Positions 1 to 12,261 of a DNA stretch of 64,000 bases are shown in pieces (position 1 is the first letter of the stretch; every line of letters starts with the position of its first letter). Origin of the DNA: Eledone cirrhosa (Eukaryota); NCBI GenBank assembly GCA_964016885.1, contig OZ024758.1:26908001-26972000 (forward strand). Direction: 5' to 3'. Position numbers and translations under genes: made by a program. The notes below the pieces were generated by a model. That model saw nothing but the letters and a program-made list of their open reading frames with translations, had not been told where the DNA came from and made no database searches.

Positions 1-29
1 TTATGACTGTAGTTATGATGTATGTACAT

Positions 30-273
30 TCTCACACACACACACATGCACATACACACACACAAACACAGTCTTATATATATAGATATATATATATTGC
101 AAAAATACTTATGTATGTGTGTATATTATAAATATATATATATGCATACATATAAATATATATTTATATAGGCGTATATATATGCACACACACACATATA
201 TATATATATATATGCATACATATAAATATATATTTATATAGGCGTATATATGTGCACACACATATATATAAGC

Positions 274-304
<31 letters not shown>

Positions 305-701
305 TATATATAAGCATCTGTTTATATATATACATATATACATATATTTATATATATATATATATATATACATACACACACATACATATATACATGTATG
401 TGTGTGTGTATATATATATATATATATAAACACACACTTACATATATAGGCGTATATATATGCACACACATATATATAAGCATATATATATATATATACA
501 CACACACAGACACATATATATAAGCATATGTTTATATATATATATACATACACACACACACATATACATGTATGTGTGTGTGTATATATATATATACATA
601 TATACATATATTTATATATATATACATACACACACATACATATATACATGTATGTGTCTGTATATATATATATATATATAAACACACACACATATATACA
701 T

Positions 702-746
<45 letters not shown>

Positions 747-951
747 GACACATATATATAAGCATATGTTTATATATATATACATACACACACATACATA
801 TATTTATATATATATATATACATACACACACATACATATATACATGTATGTGTGTGTATATATATATATATATATAAACACACACATACTTGTATACATG
901 TATGTGTGTATATATATATATATATATAAACACACACATACTTGTATACAT

Positions 952-1006
<55 letters not shown>

Positions 1007-1027
1007 CACACACATACATATATACAT

Positions 1028-1095
<68 letters not shown>
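30..1095. repeat. Compound (TA)n/(CA)n microsatellite-derived low-complexity tract
   Basis: Sequence is almost entirely TA/CA dinucleotide runs with recurring short motifs (catgtatgtgtg, taagcata); the Y/I/H/T/C/V-rich ORFs are artefacts. Confidence 0.95.
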
Positions 1096-1096
<1 letters not shown>

Positions 1097-1310
1097 TACA
1101 ACCGTTCCTTCCCCAGATTAATTGATGCTCTTTTCCCCACTCTGTAAATATTATCATTAACAACAATTAATAGTTCTACTTAGGAATTAGTTTTATATAA
1201 ACAAATCTTTAATCCAACTTGTCCTAATGGTTTGTTTGTAATCTCGACAATTTTTGGCGGTAGAAAGCTTCTGGATATTACCTTCATATTTTCCTTTCTC
1301 TTTTCTCTTT

Positions 1311-1373
1311 TAATAAAGTACCAGTAATGCACTGGGTAATTGCTGGCCTTGTGCCTAAAGTAGAAACAATTAT
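1311..1373 (+). mobile_element. 3' fragment of tRNA-derived SINE family S3 (Nin/Deu-like)
   Basis: aataaagtaccagtaatgcactgggtaattgctggccttgtgcctaaagtagaaacaattatt matches the tail of the full copies at 11718 and 23318. Confidence 0.8.
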
Positions 1374-1385
1374 TTAAAAAATAAA

Positions 1386-1581
1386 ATGCAAAGTATATAT
1401 GTATATCTGTATATATATATATATATATTTGTATATGTGTGTGTGTGTGTATATGTATATATATATATGTGTGTGTGTGTGTATGTGTGTGTGTGTATGT
1501 ATATGTGTGTGTGTATATATATATGTATGTATATTTGTGTGTATATGTTTATGTATATCTACATATGTATATGAATATCTG

Positions 1582-1630
<49 letters not shown>

Positions 1631-1643
1631 GTGTGTGTATATA

Positions 1644-1740
<97 letters not shown>

Positions 1741-1749
1741 GTGTGTGTG

Positions 1750-1780
<31 letters not shown>

Positions 1781-1884
1781 ATATATAAGTGTGTGTATAT
1801 AGATATATAGATATATATATGTATATTTGTGTATATATATGTATGTGTGTGTGTGTATATGTATATCTACATATGTATATGAAT

Positions 1885-1935
<51 letters not shown>
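1386..1935. repeat. Compound (TA)n/(TG)n microsatellite tract
   Basis: Direct inspection. Confidence 0.95.
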
Positions 1936-1939
<4 letters not shown>

Positions 1940-2382
1940 TATGTATACGTACATACATATATGTATCCAGACGTACAGTAGTATGTATATATGTATATAT
2001 ATGTACGTATGGATTCACCGAACATTTATTATAATGCTCGGTGTGTTTGTAAACAAACAAACATCCCGAATTAAGCCGTACAGTGTCTAGCAACCATCGT
2101 TGCTCATTTGTTCAACACTGACAAAGGAACGCTGTACTAGTTTCAAGCTTATTAGCTATCGTCAGCAACGTATACCTTCCTGCCAGATGGTTGAACGTCT
2201 GAAAGTATATACTTTCCTTATGCATATTAACGGCTGAGCAGCCTAATTTGCATATTGAGTGAGTTAATCGGCTGGGGTACGGAAAAAATGAAACGAAATT
2301 TCATTTCTCACTCTTAGTACGGCTGTTACTTAAATATAAGTATGTACACGTACATACATATATGTATACAGACGTACAGTAG
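1936..2382 (-). mobile_element. Hammerhead-containing non-coding element, family A (PLE-derived / retrozyme-like), about 1.1 units
   Basis: Terminal direct repeat taagtatgta.acgtacatacatatatgtat.cagacgtacagtag at 1936 and 2337 (period 401); homologous to 53146-54364 and 61856-62470; abuts (TA)n. Confidence 0.8.
2122..2179 (-). ncRNA. Type I hammerhead ribozyme motif (family A)
   Basis: Minus strand reads aagg-tata-cgttg CTGACGA t-agct-aata-agct-t GAAA ctagta cagcg-tt-cctt: stem I cgttg/cagcg plus aagg/cctt, stem II agct/agct, palindromic stem III ACTAGT, GUA cleavage triplet. Confidence 0.85.
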
Positions 2383-2442
2383 AAGTGGTAGAAGCTTTCA
2401 TAATGCTCGCGGCAGCAAGTTTCTAGAAAGCTGCCTCCTCAG

Positions 2443-2734
2443 TATATATATCTGTGTATCTGTATATATATATGTGTGTGTGTATATATATGTATATTTG
2501 TGTGTATGTGTGTGTATATATATGTATATCTACATATGTATATGAATTTCTGTATATATATATGTGTGTGTGTGTACATATATATATATATATACATATA
2601 TATATGTACACACATGTATATATATATATATATGTACACACATATATATATATGTACACACATATATATATATATGTACACACATCTATATATATATGTA
2701 CACACATATGTGTATATATATATATATATGTATG

Positions 2735-2768
<34 letters not shown>
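2443..2768. repeat. (TA)/(TG)/(CA) microsatellite tract
   Basis: Direct inspection. Confidence 0.9.
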
Positions 2769-3104
2769 AAATAAAAATAAATAATTATTTTCATTGCCTA
2801 GAGTTAAAGAAACAGTGTATTAATGATAACCATACATTGTGGACATTCATTTGAACAAATGGTTGTATATTTTGTAGGAATCAGTGGTAAGAATAAGAAA
2901 GTGGTAGAAGCTTTCATATTGCTCAGGACAGCAAGTTTCTAGAAAGCTGCCTCCTCAGTACATCATCGTCTATCTTTTCCTGTCTGTTTTCCAAGCGCAT
3001 CTCCCTTACCATCCTCAGGGGAAACGCCTTCTCCCTTCTATCCGCCAGGGCTGTGGGGCAGCCAGCATGTGGGATCCCATTTTCTCATAATACAGAGAGA
3101 TGGG

Positions 3105-4198
3105 GAGGGTGAAAGAGTTGGGAAGGGTGAGAGAGATGGAGGTGATGACAGTGGGAGTTTGGCTCTTCCGTATAAGGACCTGGTATACATGTGAGAGTTG
3201 GGAAGCGTGAGAGAGATGGAGGTGATGACAGTGGGAGTTTGGCTCTTCCGTATAAGGACCTGGTATACATGTGAGAGTTGGGAAGGGTGAGAGAGATGGA
3301 GGTGATGACAGTGGGAGTTTGGCTCCTCTGTGTAAGGACCTGGTGTTTGTGAGAGTTGGGGAGGGCGAGAGAGATGGAGGTGATGACAGTGGGAGTTTGG
3401 CTCCTCTGTGTAAGGACCTGGTGTTTTTGAAAGTTGGGGAGGGCGAGAGAGATGGAGGTGATGACAGCGGGAGTTTGGCTCTTCCGTGTAAGGACCTGGT
3501 ATACATGTGAGAGTTGGGAAGGGCGAGAGAGATGGAGGTGATGACAGCGGGAGTTTGGCTCTTCCGTGTAAGGACCTGGTGTATGTGAGAGTTGGGGAGG
3601 GCTAGAGAGATGGAGGTGATGACAGTGGGAGTTTGGCTCCTCTGTGTAAGGACCTGGTGTATGTGAGAGTTGGGGAGGGCGAGAGAGATGGAGGTGATGA
3701 CAGTGGGAGTTTGGCTCCTCTGTGTAAGGACCTGGTGTATGTGAGAGTTGGGGAGGGCTAGAGAGATGGAGGTGATGACAGTGGGAGTTTGGCTCCTCTG
3801 TGTAAGGACCTGGTGTATGTGAGAGTTGGGGAGGGCGAGAGAGATGGAGGTGATGACAGTGGGAGTTTGGCTCCTCTGTGTAAGGACCTGGTGTATGTGA
3901 GAGTTGGGGAGGGCTAGAGAGATGGAGGTGATGACAGTGGGAGTTTGGCTCCTCTGTGTAAGGACCTGGTGTATGTGAGAGTTGGGGAGGGCTAGAGAGA
4001 TGGAGGTGATGACAGTGGGAGTTTGGCTCCTCTGTGTAAGGACCTGGTGTTTGTGAAAGTTGGGGAGGGCTAGAGAGATGGAGGTGATGACAGTGGGAGT
4101 TTGGCTCCTCTGTGTAAGGACCTGGTGTATATGAAAGTTGGGGAGGGCTAGAGAGATGGAGGTGATGACAGCGGGAGTTTGGCTCTTCCGTGTAAGGA
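3105..4198. repeat. 78-80 bp minisatellite, about 14 copies
   Basis: Unit gtgagagttggggagggctagagagatggaggtgatgacagtgggagtttggctcctctgtgtaaggacctggtgtat; period 78 (3601 to 3679) and 80 in the leftmost units. Confidence 0.95.
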
Positions 4199-4417
4199 CA
4201 CATTACACCTGTCATATGGATCATGTGACAATTTCATTTCCCTTGGCAAGGGTTGGATAGATTGTCACAGTCTGGGATGAGATGCAAGTAGAAGAGGTAT
4301 AAAGAGCAAGTGTTTGTGGTCTGTTGTTGAGAGTGGACTTAGAGGGGAGGTGTGAGGGTCAGTTCCTCAATGGTGGATATATGGACATATACATACAGAA
4401 TTGAGATTATTCCCCCT

Positions 4418-4633
4418 TTAACCATTTAGCATTTAAACCAGCCATATCTGGCCAGAATTCTCTCACCTCTTTCTGTCCAAACTGGCTGTAGCTGGCCACT
4501 CATACTGATGTTAAGGTATTGTTCTCAAAATAAATAATATCAAAATCTCATAGATTCGATATTATGTGAGGTAAAGCCTTTAGTGTGAAAATATAATAGT
4601 AAATATAGGGTAATGTAAATGCTAAAGGGTTAA
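4418..4633 (+). mobile_element. piggyBac-type MITE (about 210 bp family)
   Basis: ttaa-cc(c/a)tttagcattt ... aaatgctaaaggg-ttaa: TTAA target duplication and CCC/GGG termini; more than 10 homologous copies in the window. Confidence 0.8.
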
Positions 4634-4720
4634 ATAAGTTGTATTGAACAAGGAATATAGGAATTTTGACAAGTGAGGGCAGTGTGAGTCTGGCAGACAT
4701 GAAGCAGTCTCTAGCTTATC

Positions 4721-4824
4721 TACAGGATGTCCCCCAAAACTGTGTACACACTTCAACTGCATTCTAATAAATATTGCTTGTGCAGGTAATCAAAGGTGTA
4801 TACATCTTGGGGGAACACCCTGTG
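4721..4824. mobile_element. Tc1/mariner-type MITE (about 100 bp)
   Basis: ta-caggatgtcccccaa ... ttgggggaacaccctg inverted termini; related copies at 52224-52305 and 62513-62565. Confidence 0.6.
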
Positions 4825-5080
4825 TATATCATCTTCATCATCATCATCATCATTGTTTTTACATCTAATGTTCCATCCTGGTGTAGGTTGAATGAGATCA
4901 TTTGAGGCAGTGTTTCACTGTTGGGTGCCCTTCCTGACACCAACAATATATTGTTGCTTCTTACAACACACTGGGATACGGTGTACCTATTCTAAACCGA
5001 ATACACACGTGTGAAGACGACGAAAGAAATGGTGGTCATCATCATCGTCATCATCCAGTTTTAACCTTTTATAGGATTTG

Positions 5081-5513
5081 ATGGCTTAGTGGTTAGCGCA
5101 TTGGGCTTGCAATCGAAAGGTTGTGAGTTCAATACTCGGACTGGGTGATGTGTTGTTTCCTTGAGCAAGACACTTTATTTCACATTGCTCCAGTTTACTC
5201 AGCTGTAGAAATGAGATGATAGTACTGGGGTCCCTATCATTCCACTGCAAAGTGGACGTGTAGGCGCCACGGCAAAAAAGCACCCAGCCCACACTGTAAA
5301 GTGGTAGTGGAGGTGTCACGTAAAAAAACCACCCAGCCCACACTGTAAAGTGGACGTGTAGGCGCCACGGAAAAAAAGCACCAAGCACTCACTGTAAATG
5401 CGGTTGGTGTTAGGAAGGGCATCCAGCTGTAGAAATCAAGCCAGAATCAGTTCTCGTCCCACCCTTGCAAGCAGGGAAAAGCGGACGTAAAATGATGATG
5501 ATGATGATGATGA
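5081..5513 (+). mobile_element. tRNA-derived SINE family S1 with RTE-like tail
   Basis: A box tggcttagtgg, B-box-like gagttcaatact, body ccttgagcaagacacttta, tail ggttggtgttaggaagggcatccagctgtagaaa...ggacgtaaaa(tga)n shared with the RTE 3' UTR. Confidence 0.9.
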
Positions 5514-5845
5514 ATCTTATATATCCTTTGTAACTTTCTTAGAACCACAAAAAGTTACAGAATTCATTGTAACATATGGATAGTATATTTCATTCAAAAT
5601 ATGGTAAGGAAAGGGTTAAAGTTTGTTAGTTATTGTGTGGTTGAAAGGAATCAGCAGGGATATAACTGAAATGTTAACTCTTTACCATTTATTACAGTTA
5701 TTTAGGCAGAAGAGTAGAAAATGTTGTAACATCAAAAGAAGTTAATTTTTTACCATGGCCTAAAGTTGACTGGTGGAGGTCGTTAGTGCTAAATAGAATA
5801 TTATTCTGTATTTGTTCTGGTTCTTTCCTTAAATCTTTGTTTTGT

Positions 5846-6110
5846 ATGGTTTAGTGGTTAAGGTGTTGGACTGAGATCATAATGTCGTGGGTTCAAATTT
5901 TGAACTGGGTTGTGTGTTGTGTGTTGTGTTCACGTTGCTCCAGTATACTCAGCTAAAAATGAGTACCAGCAATAGCTGGAAGTTTAATCCTGTGATGGAC
6001 TGACATCCTGTCCAGGGGAGAGTCTTGTACGCTCAGTCATTTAACATCATGAAAACTGGGATAAACACTGGTTTCCTGAGGCTCCAGCCTCAAGACAGAC
6101 TTTAGACTTT
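5846..6110 (+). mobile_element. tRNA-derived SINE family S2 (MetaSINE-like)
   Basis: tRNA-like head, then aatcctgtgatggactgacatcctgtccaggggagagt...gaaaactgggataa resembling the Meta domain; (gacttta) tail; homologous to 49539-49803. Confidence 0.75.
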
Positions 6111-6616
6111 TTTGTTTAAATCCCACCATAGGTGCTACTTGAGAAGTAGGCTTAAATGGTCCCCAGGTTTCACGCCACCACCAGAGCTTTGAGAGTATAC
6201 GATGTTAGGGTACCTTCCTCTAACTGGTCCACCTATCATGAGTCTCTGAAAAGAGTTATAAGCACTGTCCTTTCTCTCCAAATTGAGCAATAAAAAGAAA
6301 TATGAATGTTTATCAGATCACCAATGGCAGTCCCAGTATGTTTTATATGTTGAAACATTTAATGATAATTCTATTTTAAGTTACAAATACTGGGTATCAA
6401 AGTGAGGAGTTTGGTGGCTAAGGGGATAAAACAATTAATATTGGAATATTTATTATCATCTTTTCAAACTTTTATTACGTATTGTTCCAGTTTAGTTTGT
6501 CAGAAATATTGATCATACTTTTGTTTCTAAATTAAGGAAACGGATTTTAATCAGAGAAACAGATGGATAAAATAGAGATTTTCATTTCTAGTATGAAGCT
6601 AGCAGATCTCATATCT

Positions 6617-6960
6617 ATCATCATCATCATCATCATTTTTATGTCTGCTTTTCCCTGCTTGCAAGGGTGGGACGGGAACTAATTCTGGCTTGATTTTTAC
6701 AGCTGGATGCCCTTCCTAACACCAACCTCATTTACAGTGAGTGCTGGGTGCTTTTTTGCCGTGGCACCTCCACGACCACTTTGCAGTGGAATGATAGGGA
6801 CCCCAGTCCCTATCATCTCATTTCTACAGCTGAGTAAACTGGAGCAATGTGAAATAAAGTGTCTTGCTCAAGGAAACAACACATCACCCGGTCTGAGAAT
6901 TGAACTCACAACCGTTCGATTGCAAGTCCAATGCTCTGACCACTAAGCCATGTGCCTCCA
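6617..6960 (-). mobile_element. SINE family S1, full length
   Basis: Reverse complement of the S1 consensus with a (cat)n tail; source of the recurrent spurious MPFLTPTSF ORF. Confidence 0.9.
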
Positions 6961-7161
6961 TCTATATGTATCTCAATAACTGTTCTCATTTCCTTGTTGT
7001 TGACAACTTTTATTGCACAGATTTATGATCAAAAGTGTCCAAACTTTGACTATGTTGCCTCTTTGTTATATGTATGCAAAGTGTAAATAGAATTGACAAA
7101 GCAAGCAACACAGTACAATGAAGAAATATATTAATTTAACTCTCGATATAGTTGGAAAAAA

Positions 7162-7199
7162 ATCTTGACGTTTCAGACAGTAGTCCTTCATCAGAAGAT
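7162..7199 (-). ncRNA. Minimal type I hammerhead ribozyme motif (PLE-type), solitary
   Basis: Minus strand reads atctt CTGATGA a-ggac-tact-gtct GAAA cgtc aagat: 5-bp stem I, stem II ggac/gtct, palindromic ACGT stem III, GUC triplet. Confidence 0.7.
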
Positions 7200-7302
7200 A
7201 GAATGAGAAATAAAAGATGAAATTGAAAGTTTAGAGAGTGAGAAGAGGAAGAAATATAAAAAACACTTGTGTGCAGTCAGCCATTTTTTAAGACATTGTT
7301 GG

Positions 7303-7697
7303 TGAAGGCACATGGCTTAGTTGTTAGAGCATTGGACTTGCAATGGAAAGGTTGTGTGTTCAATTCGCAGACCGGGAGATGCGTTGTTTCCTTGAGCAAG
7401 ACACTGTATTTCACATTGCTCCAGTTTACTCAGCTGTAGAAATGAGATGATAGGGACTGGGGTCCCTATCATTCCACTGTAAAGTGGTCGTGGAGGTGCC
7501 ACGGCAAAAAAGCACCCAGCACTCACTGTAAATGAGGTTGGTGTTAGGAAGGGCATCCAGCTGTAGAAATCAAGCCAGAATCAGTTCCCGTATGAGCAAG
7601 ACAAGGTCAGTCGACCAGACACTGCCCATAACAGGACAACCCGTCTAACCCATGCTATAGCATGGAACAACGGACGTAAAACGGTGATGATGATGAT
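7303..7697 (+). mobile_element. SINE family S1, long-tail variant
   Basis: S1 head and body; tail gagcaagacaaggtcagtcgacc...cccatgctatagcatggaacaacggacgtaaaacgg(tga)n. Confidence 0.9.
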
Positions 7698-7869
7698 TGT
7701 TTATCTATTTTGACTCAATGTAGTTTTAAATATCCTTTGTTCTTTAAAGATGTTTGGGTATAATTGAAAGCAAATTTGGCTGGCATTTCTACCAGATTAA
7801 GTGGTTATGTAAATTCTCCTTCCTAGGGATGAATAGTTTAAAAATAAGCAAAAGAAGCCTAATATCATA

Positions 7870-8075
7870 TTAACCCTTTAGCATTTAAAACTACCATATC
7901 CAGCCAGAATTCTCTCACCTCTTTCGGTTCAAACCGGCCATAACCGGTTGCTCATACTAATGTTAAAGTAGTGTTCTCAAAATAGATATCAAAATCTCAT
8001 AGATTCGATATTATGTGAGGCAAAGCCTTTACCATGAAAATATAATAGTATATATAGAGCAATGTAAAGGGTTAA
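7870..8075 (+). mobile_element. piggyBac-type MITE
   Basis: ttaaccctttagca...gtaaagggttaa; internal homology to the 4418 copy. Confidence 0.8.
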
Positions 8076-8154
8076 AGACACTTAACTACTAGCTGGCTCA
8101 GTACACCTGACTGTAAATAGACATATTTATTGTTACATCTGACACTGCTGAGTT

Positions 8155-9310
8155 CTTCCTATGTGTACTCACATCCACCCCACCAAGGTGGACTTAGTAC
8201 TATACCTTCCTATGTCACATCCACCCCACCAAGGTAGACTTAGTAGTATATCTTCCTATGTCACATCCACCCCGCAAAGGTGGACTTAGTAGTATATCTT
8301 CCTATGTCACATCCACCCCGCAAAGGTGGATTTAGTCCTATATCTTCCTATGTCACATCCACCCCACCAAGGTAGACTTAGTAGTATATCTTCCTATGTC
8401 ACATCCACCCCGCAAAGGTGGATTTAGTCCTATATCTTCCTATGTCACATCCACCCCACCAAGGTAGACTTAGTCCTATACCTTCCTATGTCACATCCAC
8501 CCCGCAAAGGTGGATTTAGTCCTATATCTTCCTATGTCACATCCACCCCACCAAGGTAGACTTAGTAGTATATCTTCCTATGTCACATCCACCCCACCAA
8601 GGTAGACTTAGTACTATATCTTCCTATGTCACATCCACCCCACCAAGGTAGACTTAGTACTATATCTTCCTATGTCACATCCACCCCACCAAGGTAGACT
8701 TAGTACTATATCTTCCTATGTCACATCCACCCCACCAAGGTAGACTTAGTACTATATCTTCCTATGTCACATCCACCCCACCAAGGTAGACTTAGTAGTA
8801 TATCTTCCTATGTCACATCCACCCCACCAAGGTAGACTTAGTACTATATCTTCCTATGTCACATCCACCCCACCAAGGTGGACTTAGTCCTATACCTTCC
8901 TATGTCACATCCACCCCACCAAGGTGGACTTAGTCCTATACCTTCCTATGTCAAATCCACCCCACCAAGGTGGACTTAGTCCTATACCTTCCTATGTCAC
9001 ATCCACCCCACCAAGGTGGACTTAGTCCTATACCTTCCTATGTCACATCCACCCCACCAAGGTGGACTTAGTCCTATACCTTCCTATGTCACATCCACCC
9101 CACCAAGGTGGACTTAGTCCTATATCTTCCTATGTCACATCCACCCACCAAGGTAGACTTAGTACTATATCTTCCTATGTCACATCCACCCCACCAAGGT
9201 AGACTTAGTCCTATATCTTCCTATGTCACATCCACCCCACCAAGGTAGACTTAGTACTATACCTTCCTATGTCACATCCACCCCACCAAGGTAGACTTAG
9301 TCCTATATCC
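8155..9310. repeat. 46-bp minisatellite, about 25 copies
   Basis: Unit cttcctatgtcacatccaccccaccaaggtagacttagtactatat; period 46 (8221 to 8267). Confidence 0.95.
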
Positions 9311-9366
9311 ATCAATAAGTAACATTGCAGTTCCATTGTTTGACATTATTAAGGTTTTCCAGTAAG

Positions 9367-9544
9367 CAGTAGATTGGCAGTATCGGTAGAGGGTCGGACG
9401 CATAGAGTTACGGCCCTTGCCATTCTGAGTTCAAATCCCGCCAAGGTTAACTCTGCCTTTCATCCTTGCGGGGTCGATAAAATAAAGTACCAGTAATACA
9501 CTGGGGATATTGCTGGCCTTGTGCCAAAAGTAGAAACAATTATT
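9367..9544 (+). mobile_element. SINE family S3 (tRNA head + Nin/Deu-like domain)
   Basis: ttggcagtatcggtag head, B box gagttcaaatccc, gcctttcatccttgcggggtcgataaaataaagtacc core; attattaaggttttccagt repeated on both flanks (likely target-site duplication). Confidence 0.85.
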
Positions 9545-9579
9545 AAGGTTTTCCAGTCAGTAAATATGTGTTATAGCAA

Positions 9580-10521
9580 TTTTATACAAAAGGCTGGATT
9601 TGTAAAATTAGGTAATCTGTAAAGTATGTGTGTGTGTCTGTGTGTTACCTATAGGGGCCTACATCTTACGACCGATTGTCATGAAACTTTACAGGCTCAT
9701 AGATTAGTCATCGGGGAGTGTTTTCTACATATCAGCGTATCGTTCTTTTATTCCGGGGTCATTCTGCAGATAAAAATAGATAGGTGGGGGGGGGGGGGGT
9801 CGCCTTTTTTTAGGTAATCGAAAAATAAGATTTTTGGCTCTTGTTCCCACATTTTGCCACCGATTTCGTTCAAATTTTAAAGCAAAATAGAATTTATCAT
9901 TGCACATCCTGTAATGGTTTTATATTTTGGCTTTGTTGTTCAGGGACGGCGTGGCAACCGCTTAAATATTCAAAAATACCACTTTTAGACTCAAATTTCC
10001 ACTTTTTCGGCTCTAGCTCCCACATTAATCAACCTACTTCGTTCAAATTTTACACTACGCTAGATCTGATTATTTCACGTCTTAAAGTGGCTTTACATTT
10101 TGGATTTTTTGTTCAGGAACGGCGTAGCAACCACTTAAATATTCGAAAATACCACCTTTTCGTCTCTAGCTTCCACATTTTTCAACCGATTTCGTTCAAA
10201 TTCGAAACATCGGCTCCACCTCACACATAAATCAATTTATTTGGTTCAACTTTTATACTACGATAGAACTTATCATTGCACATCTTATAGTAGCTTTACA
10301 CTTTGCATTTTTTGTTCAGGGACGGCGTAGCAGCCGTTTAACTCTTCAAAATACGATTTTTTTCCACCTCCCACATATTCCATACGATTTCACTCAACAT
10401 TTCGCCATTTGCTACACCTTACGACCGATTTTTAAGAAACTCGCAGTCGCTAAGATCAACACCTTTTCATCAAAGCAGATATTATTTTACCTACCCAGGC
10501 AACGCTGGGTACTGCTGCTAA
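9580..10521 (+). mobile_element. Non-autonomous Helitron-like element
   Basis: 3' hairpin tacccag-gcaacg-ctgggta (10492-10511) followed by CTAA (CTRR); 5' (TG)/gtct microsatellite followed by accgattgtcatgaaactt; internal diverged repeats (ccgatttcgttcaaattt, gttcagggacggcgt). 5' end approximate. Confidence 0.65.
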
Positions 10522-10713
10522 TCCAACATAAAAAAATATCCTTCTACTCTCTCTCTGTCTCTCTCCAATAAGTAAATAGAGAGAGAGAGGGTTGAGAGAG
10601 TGTGTATGTGACTCTCTGTGTAATTTAAAAGGTTCTTCAATACAATATAAAAATGCTTGCAGCAGGAAATGACTTCAGAATCCAATAGCTGGTCGTCTAA
10701 CTTAATTTGTCAC

Positions 10714-10767
<54 letters not shown>

Positions 10768-10825
10768 CTAACAGGTATTTTAATATTAGTTTAGCTTGTA
10801 ACCTCACCAAGTATAACTGACTCCT

Positions 10826-10986
10826 TTAACCCTTTACCATTTACATTACTCTATATTTACTATTGTATTTTCACAGTAAAGGCTTTATCTCACATAATAT
10901 CGATTTTGATATTATTTATTTTGAGAACAATACCTTAACATCAGTATGAGTGGACGGATACATCCAGTTTAATTCTAAAGGGTTAA
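10826..10986 (-). mobile_element. piggyBac-type MITE, internally deleted
   Basis: ttaacccttta...taaagggttaa termini; reverse-orientation homology. Confidence 0.75.
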
Positions 10987-11086
10987 ACAGTGTTTAAACC
11001 AGCTCAAAACTACCTCTACCCCTATTAAAATGTTCAAATTTAAATTAAAACTTTGAAAATTGAATTTCATTAATACATATCAGATA

Positions 11087-11241
11087 TGGCAGTGGGTTGA
11101 CAGTATCGGTAGAGCATCGGATACCATGTTTTACAGCATTGAGTTACGGCCCCTTACGTTCTGAGTTCAAATCCCGCCGAGGTTAACTTTACCTTTCATC
11201 CTTACAAGGTTGATAAAATAAAGTACCAGTAATGCACTGAG
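11087..11241 (+). mobile_element. SINE family S3
   Basis: Same head, B box and core as the 9367 and 11718 copies; tail truncated. Confidence 0.8.
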
Positions 11242-11327
11242 GTTTTGTTATTAAGTTTGAAGTTAATTATTTCTCTAAATCTCTCATAATTGTTGATTAA
11301 ATGGTAAGGAATATGGTCATGAAAAGG

Positions 11328-11553
11328 TTAACCCTTTAGCATTTAAACAGGCCATAATCGGCCAGAATTCTCTCACCTCTTTCTGTTTGAACTGGCTTTA
11401 ATTGGCCACTCATACTGATGTTAAGGTATTGTTCTCAAAATAAATATCAAAATCTCATAGATTCAATATTATGTGACATAATTATGTGAGATAAAGTCTT
11501 CAACACAAAAATATAATAGTAAATATAGAGTAATGTGAATGCTAAAGGGTTAA
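11328..11553 (+). mobile_element. piggyBac-type MITE
   Basis: ttaa-ccctttagcatt ... aatgctaaaggg-ttaa, perfect terminal inverted repeats. Confidence 0.85.
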
Positions 11554-11717
11554 GGAAGATTTTATTCTTTAATGAAATCCTCCCTTCCTAATCTCTCCTT
11601 ATTTTTTTAATATATATTTTGTGTAGTTTATCTTTTAAAGTAACATATAAAAGGTTGCTTACCTACAAGGGACCAATGTATGTGTACAGATTCATAACAT
11701 TATACTCATTAACTTAG

Positions 11718-11906
11718 GGCGGGGAATTGGCAGTATCGGTAGAGGGTCGGACGCCATGCTTTCCAGCATAGTTACGACCCTTTATGATCTGAGTTCAAAT
11801 CCCGCCGAGGTTAACTTTGCCTTTCATCCTTACGGGGTCGATAAAATAAAGTACCAGTAATGCACTGGGATAATTGCTGGCCTTGTGCTAAAAGTAGAAA
11901 CAATTA
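11718..11906 (+). mobile_element. SINE family S3, full length
   Basis: ggcggggaattggcagtatcggtag...gagttcaaatcccgccgaggttaactttgcctttcatccttacggggtcgataaaataaagtacc...gtagaaacaatta; attatact.attaactta repeated on both flanks. Confidence 0.9.
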
Positions 11907-12261
11907 TACTGATTAACTTACATATTTTTCCGTGCTGGTTAAGCAGGTTCACATCATCTTACACACTCAGCACTGGAGAAAAACTGGCAAACCGAGGTGT
12001 ATTTTTTGTGTCCTCAGCACTAAAAAGATGTTTTCCCATAAAAAAAAAACCCCACTATTGAGTCCTCGCAACCCTAGATCAATACTTATTCCATGCTGTT
12101 GCCCTTCTGGGTGGATAACCTGTGATGAATCTTGTGAAATTCACATCTTGTTCATGTGTTTTCTATGACTGGATGCTGGTTGTCCATCAATCAACTGGAA
12201 AGAGGTGAGAGAATTCTGACCGGATACAGCTGGTTTAAGTGCTAAAGGGTTAAGGCTCTCA

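Noticed and set aside
3085-4224. 379-aa His/Pro-rich repeat ORF
   Set aside because: Produced by the 78-bp minisatellite; the frame shifts in the 80-bp units and there is no domain or splice evidence
6707-6946. Recurrent 79-80 aa MPFLTPTSF... ORF family
   Set aside because: Antisense reading of SINE S1; it recurs only because the SINE does
9841-10230. 129-aa ORF
   Set aside because: Lies in the internal repeats of the non-autonomous Helitron; no recognisable motifs
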